From: the human T2T-CHM13v2.0 reference genome, Homo sapiens
Reading direction: 5' to 3' (one strand)
Length of the DNA: 64,000 bases
Assembly (NCBI RefSeq): GCF_009914755.1
Contig: NC_060926.1
This document shows, in pieces, positions 30,566 to 45,742 of the stretch (position 1 is its first letter; each line of letters begins with the position of its first letter). The notes under the pieces are model-generated. The model saw only the letters and a program-made list of their open reading frames with translations, was not told the origin of the DNA and did no database searches. Made by a program: the position numbers and the translations under genes.

Positions 30566-31184
30566 AATATTGTACTAAAAAACCTAACCAATATAATAAA
30601 ACAAAAAAAAGGTATGAAGATTAGAAAGCGAAAAAAATCCTATTATTATTTACAGTCTACATGACTGTATATACAGAAAATGCAACAGGATTTTCAGATA
30701 AATTATTATGGTTCATTGGTGAATTTAACAAGATTGTTGAATTCAAAGATAATATACAAAAATCAATTATCTCCAGCAACAAATAAATGAAAAGGTATAT
30801 TTTAAAATGATTGCACATAAAATAAAAATGCGCATTTTTATTGTACTAATTCAATTAAAAATAAGAAAAAATCTGAAAGACATACAAGAATGTTAAATAC
30901 AGAACTTTAGAAAATATGGAGAAAAATAAAATACCAAAATAAATCCCATGTTCACGGATTGGAAAAGTCAGTATGTCTAAGATGTCAGTTCTCCTCAAAT
31001 TTGGCTATATATTAAGAACATTCCCAATCAGAATAGTAGTAGTTTATATGTATATGTATGTTCATAGTCAAAAATTTATTCTAAAATTTATGTGGGAATG
31101 CTAACAGCCAAAAGTATCCAAAACAATGTTGAAAAAGAACAAAGTTGGATAATAATGCTACTGGATATCAAAACTTATTTTATT

Positions 31185-31360
31185 GGCTGGGCCTGGTGGT
31201 GTGACCCTGTTGTCCCAGCTACTCTGTAGGCTGACGTGAGAGAACTGCTTGAGTCCAGGAGTTCAAGACTGTAGCGCACTATGGTACCTGTGAACAGCCC
31301 ACTGCACTCCGGCCTGGGCAACATAGTGAGACCCAGTCTCTTCATTAATTAATAACAATA
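31185..31360 (+). mobile_element. FAM/FLAM Alu monomer
   Basis: Single arm ending cctgggcaacatagtgagaccc. Confidence 0.8.
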
Positions 31361-33974
31361 AATTTCAAAACATTATTTTAAAATGACAATAATTTTGACA
31401 GTGTGGTATTGTGTATGGATCGGTGAATAGATCAAATAGAAAAGAAAAAAACTATCATTGTTATCATTATTAAAAAACTATCACTAGCCCAGAAATTAAC
31501 CTACTCATATGTGGACACACTGCATGACAAAGGTAACACCGCAAAGCAAAGAGGAAAGGTCAGTCTTTTCAATAAATGCACTAAGTCAATAAGATATTCA
31601 TATGGGAAAAAATTATTCTTGGCTCCTACCTCACACTAAATATAAAATTTCCAGGTCAATTAGAGATCAAAATGAGAAAAATAAATTAGACTTCTAGAAG
31701 ATAACATAAGAGAAAGCCTTCATGACCTCAGTAGGCAAGACTTATTGAATATGAAGAGATGATCCACAGAATGGGAGATAATATTTGAAATATTTACACC
31801 TAACAAAGGACTCATATCCAGGATATAGAAAGAACTTCTCAAATTAGTCCCAACAACAACAACAAAAAAGACAAGTGACCCAGTAGAAAAATGAACACAA
31901 GACTTAAATAGCTACTTCACAAAGTTTTTATGGCCGATAAAAGTAGTGCTTAAACTCTGGAGTCATTAGGAGAATGAAAATTAAAACCACAATCAGAAAC
32001 CACTTACATACCCACTAGAATGGCTAAAGTTGAAAAAACATTGTCGTAAGTACCAAGTCCCAGAGAGGCCATGAAGCAACTGGAGCTCTCAGATATTACT
32101 GGTGGAGGTGAAAATTGGCACAACCACTGGGGGAAGCTGAACGTACGCATACTCTCTTACCCGGTTATTCTACTCCTGTGTATACCCAAGAGAAACGAGT
32201 GCATTTGACCTGCAAAACACAGGTTTAAGAACATACCTAGCAACATTATTTCCAATGGCTCCAGACTAAAAAGAACCCAACTGTCCATCACTAGAAAAGT
32301 GGACAAAAATCATGATCTACTCATAAAATGGAATATGCTATAGCAATGAACATGAACAAACTACTGCTACATGTAAGAACATGGATGAATTTCATATATG
32401 CTGTGTCAGAAACCAGAAACGATAGATTACAAATTGTGTAAATTTCATGTAACGGTACAGGCAAAACTAACCTAGACCATTAAAAGTCAAATATTAGTCA
32501 TCTTTGGGCAAAAGGGTGGGTTGTGACAAAGACGGACAGAAGGAGGGCTTCTAGGATGCTGTAAATAGTCTAGTTCTAACCTAGAAGATTATATAGATAC
32601 GTTTCACTTTGGGAAAATTCATCTAGCCAAATACTTACAATTTCTGCGGTTTTCTGTGTGAATTTTATACCTCCATAAAATTTTATCAATAGAAAAAAAC
32701 TTTGATAAAATATTATTGATGAGTATGTAGTGAGACAGGCACCCTATATGTGTTAGAAGTATAAACTGTAAATATCTCTGAAAGGCAAATTGGTCATATC
32801 TACACAAATTGAAACGCTATATATATCCTTTCAACCAACAATTCTACCTAGGATATTTACAGTTATACTTCCACATATGCAGAAAGATACAAATAAAAGG
32901 ATTTCCATCCTTTCATGGCCACATCATTTTTAAGCCTAAACATCTAAAGGCTTGTCTGAATAAATCACGGTGCATTTAAACAAGAAAATACCAGTGTTTA
33001 AAACAAACAAATGAATGTCAACCAAATCTGGCTCAAGTCCATGAAGTCACATTCTAGGTTTACATATGTTAGGACATCTCTGAAAGGGCACTTAAGGAGC
33101 TAGCAGGAGTGGTGGTCTCTCTGGCATGCACTAAGGGATGGAGCCTCAGGGTAGAAGGAGGATGATCCCCTGTACCCTTTGCAATTTGCACCATGTCAGA
33201 ATATAAACTTGTTAATCAAAACAGAAACATAGCCCTAGCCTTACAGTGGAGTCCAGACGTGACAGCATATAAGATGCCAGAGGGCAGGGCTTCAGAGGCC
33301 ATAGGGTCCAACTTTTCATCACAAAGGTGAAAAGACTGAGGTACCCATGATCTGCATTCCTTCAGAATGGAAAAACACATTACCTGGGAGGTAAACACAC
33401 CCAGGCCCCACCACCCTCCCATCTAAGTGCAGATGAAGCTATCAGATAGCAGCTAAGGCCCCAGGAGATGTGCGCAGCAAAAGCAGGTTTTCTGGGAAGT
33501 CGGGGGTAGGGCTGCAGGTGACAGCAGTGGGGATAGGAGGCAACCACATAAGGTCCCGGTGGCACCCTGGGCAGACTGGAGGTGGGAGAAACAAGAGGCA
33601 ACTACTGATAAAGTTCTCCTGCTTCAAAGTAGGCTCGGGATACAAGAGCTGGTTTCAAATCCAGTCGCTTCTCTTAAATGTCTACATCCATTCATTCACT
33701 CAATCAATTATTCATCCATCAATTTTGTGCACGAGTGATACATACTAGGATGTGGGCTGGGCGTGAAGAATATAATCAAAAACAGTCCTTGCAGAGCTCA
33801 GGAGTTACTACTATAGCACATACTGGCCCAGTGCAGATAAACTGTGGTGGTCTATTGAGATGACTATTGACAATCCCCTCTCTTCTTTTTAATGTTCTTT
33901 TGTAATTTAATGAAATGTGAATATAGCATGAAAGTGTACTTTCATCCTTTGTGCTCAACTGAAATATACCTTTT

Positions 33975-34195
33975 TAATCTTTTCTCAAAATTTATTGTGG
34001 TATAATTGAAATTCAATGAACTGCACACACTTAAAGTGTATGAATTAATCACTTTTGACATACATATACAGCTATAAAAGCATTACCACAATTAAGATAG
34101 AGAACATTTCCATCACCCCAGAATGTTTCCTCATGTCCTTGTGTAATTACTCCCTCCTTCCATCCTTATCCCCAGGCAACCGCTCTCCTCTAGAA
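33975..34195 (-). mobile_element. L1M 3' terminal fragment
   Basis: tttattgtggtataattgaa...aacatttccatcaccccaga...ccccaggcaacc. Confidence 0.75.
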
Positions 34196-35928
34196 ACCCT
34201 TTTTGGAAATAAGGAAGACTTCTGACTGCTATCAGGCCAATCCCTGGAGGGCAGAGGTGAGGAAGGTAAAGAAGTATCAGGAAATGGGGATAAGTATGGA
34301 GATATCATAGGCCCAAGGCCTAAGGAGAACTGAAGGGCAAATAGCTTTAGCAACATATAGGCATTTAACCCTTGCAGCCAACGTAAGAGAAAGGTTCATT
34401 ATCCTCCTTTTCATGAATGAGGAGACAGCCTCACAGAGGTTAAGGAGCTGGGTCAAGGTCACACAGGTAGCACGTGGCAAAACTGGAGTCCAAAGCTCAC
34501 ATTGCCCAGCTAAGTGCTTTCCCTCCGGGACTTGCTGAGGTCCCCACCTGCACCCCAGGGGTAGCCTGCCCAATGTGCACTGAGCCTAGCTGTGTCCAGT
34601 GGGATTCCCAGCACCTCTCCCCTCATCAAGAACACGGACTTCCCACCCACCCTCATACCCCAGCCCCATCTGATGCTGAGACCAAGGAGCCCCAGCCACG
34701 CAGGGAGACAGGCGCCTCCCCAGGGAACTCCCCAAGTTGCAACACTCCGGCACAGGACCCATGTTGGAACAGTTTAATGCCACCTAAAACCAAAACAACA
34801 GCAGGCACATGCATCCAACATTTACCTCCTGAAAAATTACCAAGTAATATGCAAATACTTTCTTCTTCCCCACACCTGCCTCATCATCACATGAAGATCA
34901 AGCAGGGGTTGGGTAAGTCAGGGTCAGGGCAGGGTTGAGGAAGAGGAAAGGGAGAGACCAGGTGGGGGTGACATGGCTTACAGAGATCCCTGGGAGATAC
35001 TACTTAAAAAAGAAGTTTAAGTTACCAGTGGTTTTGCATCTGGGCAAAGTCATTTTGACACAACCACACCAAAATGGCTACATGTAAGCGGCTGAAATAT
35101 TCCAGAGCCCTCTCTGAGCCTCAGCTTCCATAAGCAGTGTCGGGTAGAGGCTGCAAGAAGCATCTGGGAACGAAACATGTCACAGGCTTCAATTCCTCCA
35201 GAAGCTGAGAGACAGAGGCGGGGGACACATCCACTCGGTGGAACAGAAAACTGAAACGAAGAGACACGTCCTAAATTTTCAGTGACTGGCGTTAGAGTTA
35301 CCAGACTTTCTGGGGTGGACACTTGATGGGTAAAATGATTCCTGACTCAGTTTCCTTCTCTGCGTAGTGGACACGATACCCCAGCTCCTAGGCTTTCAGG
35401 ACTCGGTGGAACCAGGTGTGCCATTTGCCAGGCCTAGCACCAGCACAAGACCTTCAGCAGTAGCTCCCTCCTGCCCCACTGCCACTCCTGCCCACACCCC
35501 TGATATCCGGGCCATCAGACTGAGAGGTGCTCTCTGGATGCTGTGGGAAGTTAGCAGCAGCCTCACAATGCCCCTCCTGGGTCCATCTCCTTTATCCTGT
35601 GTATGGATTGGTTACAGTCATGGGGACAGGGTGGCCACTTGTTCTGCATTTGGATTCCTTGTTACTCTTTTCATCATTTGAATTGGGAAGCAAGGGGCTG
35701 TGGTTACAGAAGGACATCCCAACAGGATGCACTGTTGGTGTGTCTCCTGCCCTTACCCCCAACACCTTTCTGCACTCTCCCTTCCTCCCCCAGCTGGGCA
35801 AGAGCATTAAGGTGTGATCTGACTCACTAAGCTGCCTTCTCCCAAACAAAAGAGAGCCAGAGCTTTTCCCCAGCCCACTGGCAACGGTATGGCTCCTCTA
35901 CCATCAACAAACCTAATCAAGAACTGAC

Positions 35929-36376
<448 letters not shown>

Positions 36377-36599
36377 CTATTGGGCACCTACCAGGTGCCA
36401 AGCACTGTGGGCCATGGGGATGTGAGAATGAACAGAACACGGTCCTTGCCCTCCAGAGGTTCGCCGGAAAAAGCACTGTGACTAACACATGTTGTGGCAA
36501 AGCAACAGTAGTCACCAGCACCAAAGGGGAGGCACCAAACAGTGCCTGGGGAGGCCAGGTGGGCATCAGTGGGAGGGCAGTGCCTACGAGGGGCTTGAG

Positions 36600-36820
36600 A
36601 CATAGCGTAGCAGTCAGGCGCAGGTTCTAGCACTGGCTGCATGGGTTTGCACCCAGGCTCTGCCAGTTACTAATTCTATGAGCTTGGTCAACTTACCAAC
36701 CTCTCTGTGCCTCAGTTTCCTCATTTATAAATGGTACCCACTTCAAGAGGTTGTTGAAAAGATTATATGAATACATGTAAATCACAGTTAGTACAGTGTC
36801 TGGCTACTGGGTCTGTAAAT
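36600..36820 (+). mobile_element. MIR
   Basis: aacctctctgtgcctcagtttcctcatttataaatgg. Confidence 0.8.
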
Positions 36821-37683
36821 GTATTTAAGATTGTCTTTCATGCAATTTACCTAACAAATGTGCACATGTACCCTACACCTAAAAGTCAAAAGAATTTAAA
36901 TTTAAATTTAAAAAAGATTATTGTCTTGATGGCAAAGCAGGCATCTAGCAGGTAAAGAAGGATACAGGAAAGGTGTAAAGCAGAAAGCAGGAACAGCACG
37001 AACAAAGGCAAGGAGACGGAAGCGTGGGCCGTGGTTTGGCATGGCTGCTACAGGGGAGTGTGTGGTGAGAATTAAGCCAGAAGGGTGAGCAAAGCCCAGG
37101 TCTCGCCAGGCTGCGCACACCTTGGAGGTTGTGGACTTGATTCTGGAGTTGATAGCGAGCTCCTCCGCCTTTTTGTAATGATCGGATTGGGCCGTTGTAT
37201 TAGGATTGTATCAGATTTGGGGACTGCATCATGCAGCTGGCTCAGGAGCTAGGAACTCACTACTACAGAAAAGAGAGAAAGAGGCCCTAAACTAACACAG
37301 GGCCGCAGGAATGCAGAGGCAGCAAGGACTGCGGCCTAGAGATGACTAGATATGGGCACGGGCAGGACACAGGGTGGCCTGGGTGAACCACTGAGCCACA
37401 AACCAGGACCGGGGAGACTGCAGCATGAGCAGGTTTGGGGCTGGAGAAGAGAGACAATAAAATAATAGGTGCTAGGCCAAGATCTAGGAACTTTATATGA
37501 ATTATTTCATTTAAATCCCACATGGGGGGACCTTTGAGAAGGGCACAGCTATTATCCATATCTATAGATGAGAAAACTGAAGCGTAGTGTGATTGAAAAC
37601 CCTGTAAGAATCAGAGCTGTGATGTGGTTTTCAGAGCCTGCATCCTCATTTCTGGGCCCCACGCTGACTTGGAGACACCTGAG

Positions 37684-37740
37684 GGCAGAGGCTGGGCATC
37701 TGGGGCTGGGCAGAGGCTGGGCATCTGGGGCTAGGCAGAG
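37684..37740. repeat. 25-bp tandem repeat, ~2.3 copies
   Basis: ggcagaggctgggcatctggggct(g/a) x2 + ggcagag. Confidence 0.9.
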
Positions 37741-38344
37741 AGGCCTGGGCTGGAAGCTCTCTGTCGAGCCACAGGAGAGATAAGACTGAGATTGGCAGGG
37801 AGTGTGAGAGAGTGAGGAAGAAGGCAAGGCCGGACCACGAAGAAAGGGGCTGTCACAGAGGGTGATGGGTAGGCAGAAGTCCAGCCAGCCAGGAACCCAT
37901 CCCAACCCCGGGATCCAGCAGGAGCCTTCCTCAGCCCTCTCCCCAGCCCACAGGGAAGGAGTCCAGCCCTAAAACTTGGCCTTTTGCCTACCTGCCCTGC
38001 CCACAGAGCACACACAGGCGGCCTGGCCCTCCTCCCGCGCCTAGAGCTGGTTGCACAACCACCTGAGCTGGTGAGGCAAGGATAGCGTTCCCTTCCTCCC
38101 CAAGAGGAGTCCAGAGGCAAGGGTTAAAAGGATTAGGCTCAGCTTTGGGAAACAAAACCAACTCTAAGTGGAAAAACACCAGCCCTCGCTGGGCTATTGT
38201 GAGGCGCAGTCATGGTTCCCAGTCCATATGTGGACAGGGCCTAGGATCTGTTGACAAAAGTGACTCAGGCGTTTACCTCAGGCCCAACGCCCGCTGGCCC
38301 AGGTCCCGTCTGGGTGTGTCATTGGCTCAAGTGAGGTCCCATGA

Positions 38345-38346
<2 letters not shown>

Positions 38347-38392
<46 letters not shown>
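38347..38392. repeat. Perfect (AC)23 microsatellite
   Basis: Seen directly. Confidence 0.97.
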
Positions 38393-38396
<4 letters not shown>

Positions 38397-39934
38397 GAGC
38401 CAACTCTCTGAGTTACCCAATCCCAGCCAATTCACCTGAAGCACCTGGCATTTCTTTCATCACCCAACAGGTCATTGTGCTGAGCTGTCAGTGCAGAGGA
38501 GGCTTAGCTGGCTCCATCATTCACATCACAAGCTTCATAAATTCCTGAGGAGAGTGCCAAAGGCCGAGATTGCTGCAGCACTTTCACTGGGGGAAGAGGA
38601 GAGGCTAAGCAGGCAGGTGGTCAGGGAGAGCCAACAGAGGGAGAAATTCCAGCCTCCGCTTACTCCCCCTCTGTCACTTGGTTCCACCACATGTAGCGGC
38701 AGTGTCTGGCCCCAGTGTGCTGAGAGAAAAAAGAGAAAACACACACAGAGAAGTGGGGATCACAGAACATGGAATGTGTGTCCTCAAGGGCCCTTCCAGA
38801 CCTTTAATTAGTGTGGCTCTCTCATTTACAGATGAAGAAACCATTTGTCAGACACTCAGCGGGTGAAGGACAAACAAGAGACAGAATCCAGGGCCTTCAA
38901 CGTCCTCTCAGTGCTCTTGCCCCTACATCACACAGACTCCAGACAAGCAGGACTGGAAGAGGCTAAGATGACCACGAGCCTGACCCCACACCTGCTACTG
39001 GAGAGACCCACAGCCTCCTCATCTGGGCTCTTCTGGCCACATGGCACAGCCTGGTGGGGTAGGTTTTACTCATTGTGGCATCTCTGGTACCTGGGGCACA
39101 GTAGGTTCTCAGAAAATGTTGCATGAGTTAATCTAATGGAATACCAGTTTATCCCATATGGAAGTATGCTAGCCGCTTTTTTGGAAGCCACGAGAAATTT
39201 AAAGCAGACTTTAAAAAAAAAAATCATGTATCACTTCGCTTCAGCCTGACAAGATTTTTTCTGGCTGGACAAGAATTCTTGACAAACCTGCATTTAGGCA
39301 GGTAAGTTCCCCTTGTGGCATACCTGAATTGCTCTCTCTCTCTCCCGCAAGCAGGTGCCCAGGAAGCAGGAGATGGAGGTAGGTGAGACAAGGCTTTCCC
39401 AGCTAGCCGTGGTGGTGGGAACACCATGATCAGCTTCCCCACGACATACCCAGCAAACAGGAATCTTAATGAAACTACCAGAGCTGCCCGAGGCACATGC
39501 CCTGCTCCTCTCATCTTTGGCACAGCTGAGCATGTGTTGGCCAATAGCCTATGCTGTACCCAGAACGGGTGCCCAGGATCAAGTGGAACCTTCCTGGTCA
39601 GCTGGGAAGACAAATGCTGAGAACGTTTCTTTACCAAACATTCCTGAGTACCTCTTCAGGGCCAGCCCTGATCCAGGCCCTGAGGATACAGATGTGAAGG
39701 TATATAGGCCTGCTTCTGCTCTCATGGGGCTCAGAACCCTTCTTACTGTTCCAGAAACACAAGGGCAGCTGTGTTGATGTAGCCACGCTGGCCCCATTAG
39801 ATGAAGTTGGACAGAGGGATGGATGAATGAATGCACGTGGTGAAGAGGGGAGGTTCAGGGCCTTGCTGAAAAAGATGAATATTAAAAAGCAAGTTAAGAG
39901 ATAACAATGCTTGAGAATCATCAGAGCAAACACT

Positions 39935-40130
39935 CGCTGAGCCTTTCCAGTGTGCCAGGCCCTGTGTGGAGTCCTTATATGTCTTTATTCACTTAATCCC
40001 TTACCTATGCTGAGGCCATTAACTGTTATCATCCCCATAAGAAAACTGAGCCCAGAGAGGTTGCTAAACTCACAGAAGTCACACAGCTGGGAAGTGGCAA
40101 GTGAGAACTGGAACCAGGCACCAGGGCCCT
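39935..40130 (-). mobile_element. MIR
   Basis: tgtgccaggcc...gaaaactgagcccagagaggtt...agtcacacagct. Confidence 0.75.
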
Positions 40131-42496
40131 GGTGCTCAAATGACCAGCTGGCATGCTTCATAGCTCCCTTCAGAGGCTTCTAGCCGTGTTAAAGCTTTGA
40201 ACTGAATGAATCAGGTGGGATCATACATGAGTTGACAAAAGGGTGGTAACACCAAGGGACCTCAGAGGGTGACGCTGCTTTGGCATTTCTTAGCAAATTT
40301 ACCATGATCAGAGTCTGGCCTTAACTGACCAGGAAGAGGACTCCGTCATTCATGCAGAGATGAAAATACTTATTAGTAATCAACTGATGCTGATCCAATG
40401 CAGAAGAGAGCTATAAAATCCCATCTAAATGCATTCATTTACATTGGGTGAGGTATATGAGTAATAGTGACCAGAATGCTCACTGCTGTCAGGGGTCACC
40501 AACCCAGGAATGGGGCATGGCCACTGTGAGACAGGAGTGAAATCAGCACACAGGAAGCAGAGAGCACAGGAAAAACAGGTCTCTTGCTGAGGCAGTCTGC
40601 CCCAAAGGTATAGCACACCTCTCTGGTCATGGCCCACTAGACCTTTTGCTGGGCAGTGGGGAACCATCTAAGAACCAGACCAACCTAGGCCCTGCCTCAC
40701 TGAGTGTATGGTCCTAAGAGAGAAGCCAGACACTAAACATGTCATTACGGGCGGGTGACAGTTACCCAAAGACACACTGAGGATGCTCTTGCAAAAGAAA
40801 ACTGTATGACCCACATTCCCCAGAATCGAGTCTCCTCTTGCCTGGGTAGACCTGGGTAGACCTACAGGGAGCTCACCATCAGATTTGTTCCTCTGATCCC
40901 CACTTTCTTATATCCCATGATATAAGACAGATGACACACTCCTGGCTCTTAATGGACCTAAATGACCTCTCCTGTCTCAACCTGGGACATCCAAGTGAGC
41001 TCAGTTCTTTCCCTGTTTTTGTTCCAGGAGGACAAATTCATTATTTTGGGCCAATTCCAGCTCTGCTGAACCTGCGTCTGCTACTGGAGAGACCCCAGAG
41101 CACACTTCCCAACCTCCTTCTCAGGGCTCTCAGGCTGCACAGCTCTGCCTATGTCCTTGTTCCCCTCATTGCCAAGTTTCAGGGGAAACTGTCAGCCCCA
41201 CATATCACCAGCTGCCAGTGTCTATCACAGAGAACTGCAAAGACACAGAGTGATCCAGCTTGTTGGAACCAGAGGGATGCTGGGAAATGATGTTGCTATA
41301 CTGTGTAGACAGATGATTACACATGAGCACCCTGGACAACCCAGGAATGTCCTGGAAGCACCTGCTTCACACCCAGCCCTGGTAGACCAAGAAATCACAC
41401 ATTTGGGCAGCTAATTTCTCTAAGTTATTTTCTCTGCCAAGCACAGAAATGAACAGACCAAAAAGGGCAGGAACAAACAGAGCCAAGAGTTTATATGCTC
41501 CTGATTTAAGACACAAAAATAAGAGAAATAGTCCCACTGTGCAAATAACAAATAGACCAACCCTTACTCCCCAGCCAAATATTGGTATTTCCTTTAAATT
41601 TTTGACTAAAATATCTATGCTTGGGGTAGTGACAGACTTGTGGCTATTTGGCCAAAAGCTGTTCTAGGTCATAGGCAGCCATTAAAATTATGATTTTCAA
41701 ACAAAAGTTACAGATTTAGATTGACTTTTGAGCCCAAAGTTATTTTGACGTTTCATAAAATAAATCATCAGATAAGCACATCACATTATGTTGACAACAG
41801 TGCCCAAAATGGTTTTACTATTTTTAGTATTTATATTTATCATTTTATTTTTATTGATTTATAATTGTATAATTTATAATTAAATAATATCTATATTTGG
41901 GATTTTTAAACAGCCAGTATAAATAGACAAGAATGGAACAGTTACAACCATGTATATGGCAGGCAATATGTAAGGCATCTTTTTTCCTGGAATGTGTGAT
42001 TTTTCCCCTGAACGGTGATTAAATTCATCTCCCAAGAAGCTTTTGGTTTGAATCCAGGTAGACCAAGCAAAAAAAGAAGACAATACAGCATAGGACCCAC
42101 AGTTTGAAACTTGTCAGCTAAACAATTCAGATCGTCTCTTTCTTCAGTCATGGTCACTGTGTGCTCAGTCAGCTCAGCCTGTAACTGATTCCTGTCCTGA
42201 ATCAAATGCCAAGGACCCTGTTCTTAATACTCCTGCCCTGACTTCCCCCAAAGGTGTGACAATGGCAGTGTGAAGTAGGAAAAAGCTGTGCCTGGAGCCT
42301 GCCTGCACCTCTTGTAAAAAAACTGAACTGAGAAACGCCAGCTTGCAATTCAATGCACAAAAATTGACATCCATTTTAGAAGCAATGCTCAGTCAGCTAA
42401 CTTGTTGGTATTTGAGGGGGTGGACAGCTGCCTTTTCCAAAAAGAACAACGCTGCATGGGACAGGATCCTACCTGTAGAGGTAATAAGGAAAAGGA

Positions 42497-42792
42497 GGCT
42501 GGGTGTAGTGACTCACACCTGTAATCCCAGCACTTTGGGGGGCCATGGCCAGAGGATCGCCTTGAGCTCAGGAGTTTGAGACCACCCTGGGCAACATACT
42601 GGGATCCTGTCTCTACTAAAAATAATTTTTTAAAAAACAGCCAGATATGGTGGTGTGCACCTGTAGTCCCAGCTACTCAGGAGGATGAGGTGGGAGGATT
42701 GCTTGAACCCAGGAGGTAGAAGCTACAGTGAGTTATGTTTGCACCACTGCACTCCAGCCTAGGTGACAGTAAAAACCTGTATCAAAAAGGAA

Positions 42793-42829
<37 letters not shown>
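42497..42829 (+). mobile_element. AluJ with A32 tail
   Basis: Dimeric Alu; A run 42798-42829. Confidence 0.9.
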
Positions 42830-42830
<1 letters not shown>

Positions 42831-43690
42831 CAGAGTGACAGGATTCCAACATTCTGAGTAGCTCTTAAATGGCTTGGGGATAAGACATCTTCTCAAAGTG
42901 AAACTGTATTTACTAGCAAGAAAATAGGGACCAATTAAATTGGTCCAAGTACTGCATAATTTGGAGCAGTTGACCTTGATTTGTAAAACATGTTAATTGT
43001 TATCTGAGCTTTTAGGAGCTTAGCCCTAAAATCATACCTGAGGTAAGTGAACCCTAGAAACTATTGAATGACCACACATAGAGAGGTAGTAGAGCAGAGT
43101 GGTTAGGCCAGCCTCCAGAACAGTCAGTCAGGATTTGAATCGCAGCTCTATTCTCTACTAATTGTGCCACCCTGGGCACATCATCTACCTCTCTTTTTCT
43201 TTGTAAAATGAGCATAATAATGGTACCTACCACATAGCTGGTTTATGGATAGAAGAGAGATTCAAAGATCTGCAGAGGATCCCTGTGGGTTTTCAGCTGG
43301 GAACAATCAATGCATTCATGTGAGGAAGTTACCTGATGCTGAGGAAAGGACCACTCAAAAAGAAAAAGCAAATCACTGGAGCTCACTCAGCACCAGGAGC
43401 AGTTTATATTTCCAGCAGCCAGAATAGAAAACCTCATAATCCGTGATGTACCAGGTGAAGGACTCAGATATTGCCTCAGTAGTATAGAGAAATGTAACCC
43501 TAGACTAAAGATTATGATGGTCCCACCTAACTTAAAAGAAAGACTCAATAGTATCATACTTTTTCCAAAAAACTTAATTGCATCCCAGAACCAAATTTCA
43601 GAATATTTGGAGGAATACACAAATATCTAGAATCTGAAAAGGTAGAATGTATAATATTTGGCATTCAATTAAAAAAAAAAAAAAAACAGA

Positions 43691-43990
43691 GGCCAGGCCC
43701 TGTGGATCACTCCTACAAAACCCAGCACTTCAGGAGGTCAAGGCAGGAGAACTGCTTAAGCCTAGGCATTCGAGACCATGATGGGCAACACAGTGAGACC
43801 TCATCTCTACAAGAATAATTTTTTTTTTAATTAGCCAGGCACATTGGTCCATGCCTGCAGTTCCAGCTACTGGGGAGGTGGAGGGGAGGATTGTTTGAGC
43901 CCAGAAGGTCAAGGCTGCACTGAGCCAAGATCAAACCACTGCACTCCAGCCTGGGGAACAGCCCTGTCTCTGAACAAAACAAAAACAAGC
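43691..43990 (+). mobile_element. AluJ
   Basis: Diverged dimeric Alu with (CAAAA) tail. Confidence 0.85.
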
Positions 43991-44189
43991 AAACAAAAAT
44001 GAAAGGAAACAGGAAATATGAAAGGAAACAGGAAAGGAAATAAAATAGTCATGAAGGGAAACAGGAAACATAAGGGAAAAAATTCAATCAATAGGAACAT
44101 ATGAAAATGGCACAAAAGATAAGATTAGCAGAAAAAGTCATCAAAATAATTAGTATAACTATATTCTATATGTCCAAGTAGGTAGAGGA

Positions 44190-44325
44190 AAATGCTAAAT
44201 GATGAGTTAATGGGTGCAGCACGCCAACATGGCACATGTATATATATGCAACAAACCTGCACGTTGTGCACATGTACCCTAAAACTTAAAGTATAATAAT
44301 AATAAAATAAAATAAAGTGAAAAAA
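44190..44325 (+). mobile_element. Short young L1PA 3' end
   Basis: gagttaatgggtgcagcac...acctgcacgttgtgcacatgtaccctaaaacttaaagtataat + A-rich tail. Confidence 0.9.
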
Positions 44326-45742
44326 AATCCCAAATCAAACCCTAAAAATAAAAACCTCTACATTTAAAACAAAATAAACACTGGATAGAATAAATAGACA
44401 GACACTACCAAGGAAAAGACTTGTGAGCTTGAAGACACAACAACAGAAAGTATCCAAAATGAAACATAAAGAAAAGACGCGGTGAGGACAGAACATCAGT
44501 GAACTAAGTGAACAAATTACATGTAATTAAAGGCAAGGGGAGAACAAAAATATTATTTAAGGAAATAATGGCCAAAACTTTCCAAAAATGATCCAAACTG
44601 TAAGTCCACAAAAAATCTCCACAAACCCCAAGCAAAAGAAACACCAAGGACATTACACTTCAGAATATCATAATTAAATTACTTAAAACCAACAATAAAA
44701 AGAAAATCTTAAAATCAGGCAGAGATAAAAGATATGCTATAACAGAATAACAAAGATAAGAATTACATCAGAATTTTCATTGGAAACAATGCCGGCTAGC
44801 AATTAATGGAGTAAAATCTTTAAAATTCTGGGGGCGGTGGGGGAGGAAGAAGCCTGTCAATCTAGCAATCCAGACCTAATGAAAATGTGTTTCAAAAACA
44901 AAGACAAAATAAAAACCTTAGAAATTCAAAAGCTGAAATTATTCTTCATCATCAGATCCATATTACAAAAACATATATTAAAGGAAATGTTTTTAGATGG
45001 AAGGAAAATATCAGATACATAAACAGAGAGCATTGGAAAGGATTAATAGTGAGAAAATATAAAATAATGTATTATGTTTAGAGTCTTGAAAACAAAATTG
45101 ACTATTTAAAGCAAAAATAATAGCCAATAACTTATAATGGATATAAAACTAACATATATGACAAGAATAGCACAAAGGCCAGAAGAAGGGAAATACAAGT
45201 AAACTGTTGTAAGTTTTTAATTTAATACTATATATAAAGCAATAAAGTATTAATTGTAGACTCTAAGTTAATATGTACAATATAAAGCCTAAAACAACCG
45301 CTAAATAAAACAAATGGATAGAACTATAATCTAACAAAGAAAGTAAAACAGAATTAAAAATAGGCAATAAATCCAACAGAAGGCAAAAGAAAAGGAAAAG
45401 GGGAACAAAGAGCAAATGAAATGAAAACAAATGACAAGATGGCAGATTCAATCAAATCATATCATTAATATTAAATGTAAATGGTCTAAATACCTCCAGG
45501 TAAATGACAGAGAATGTCAGATTGGATTAAAAAAAAGCAAGGCCTAACTATCTTGCCTATCAGAAATTCTCTTTAAAAAGACAAAAACAGGTTAAAAGTA
45601 AAAGAACAGACATAACACTAACCAGAGCACACAGAGTAAAAGAACACATTTAACACTAACCAGAGCAAACCAGGAATAAACAGGGGCATAGGAAAGGTTA
45701 AATTCATCAAGAAGACACAGTCCTTAAATGTATATGGGCCTA

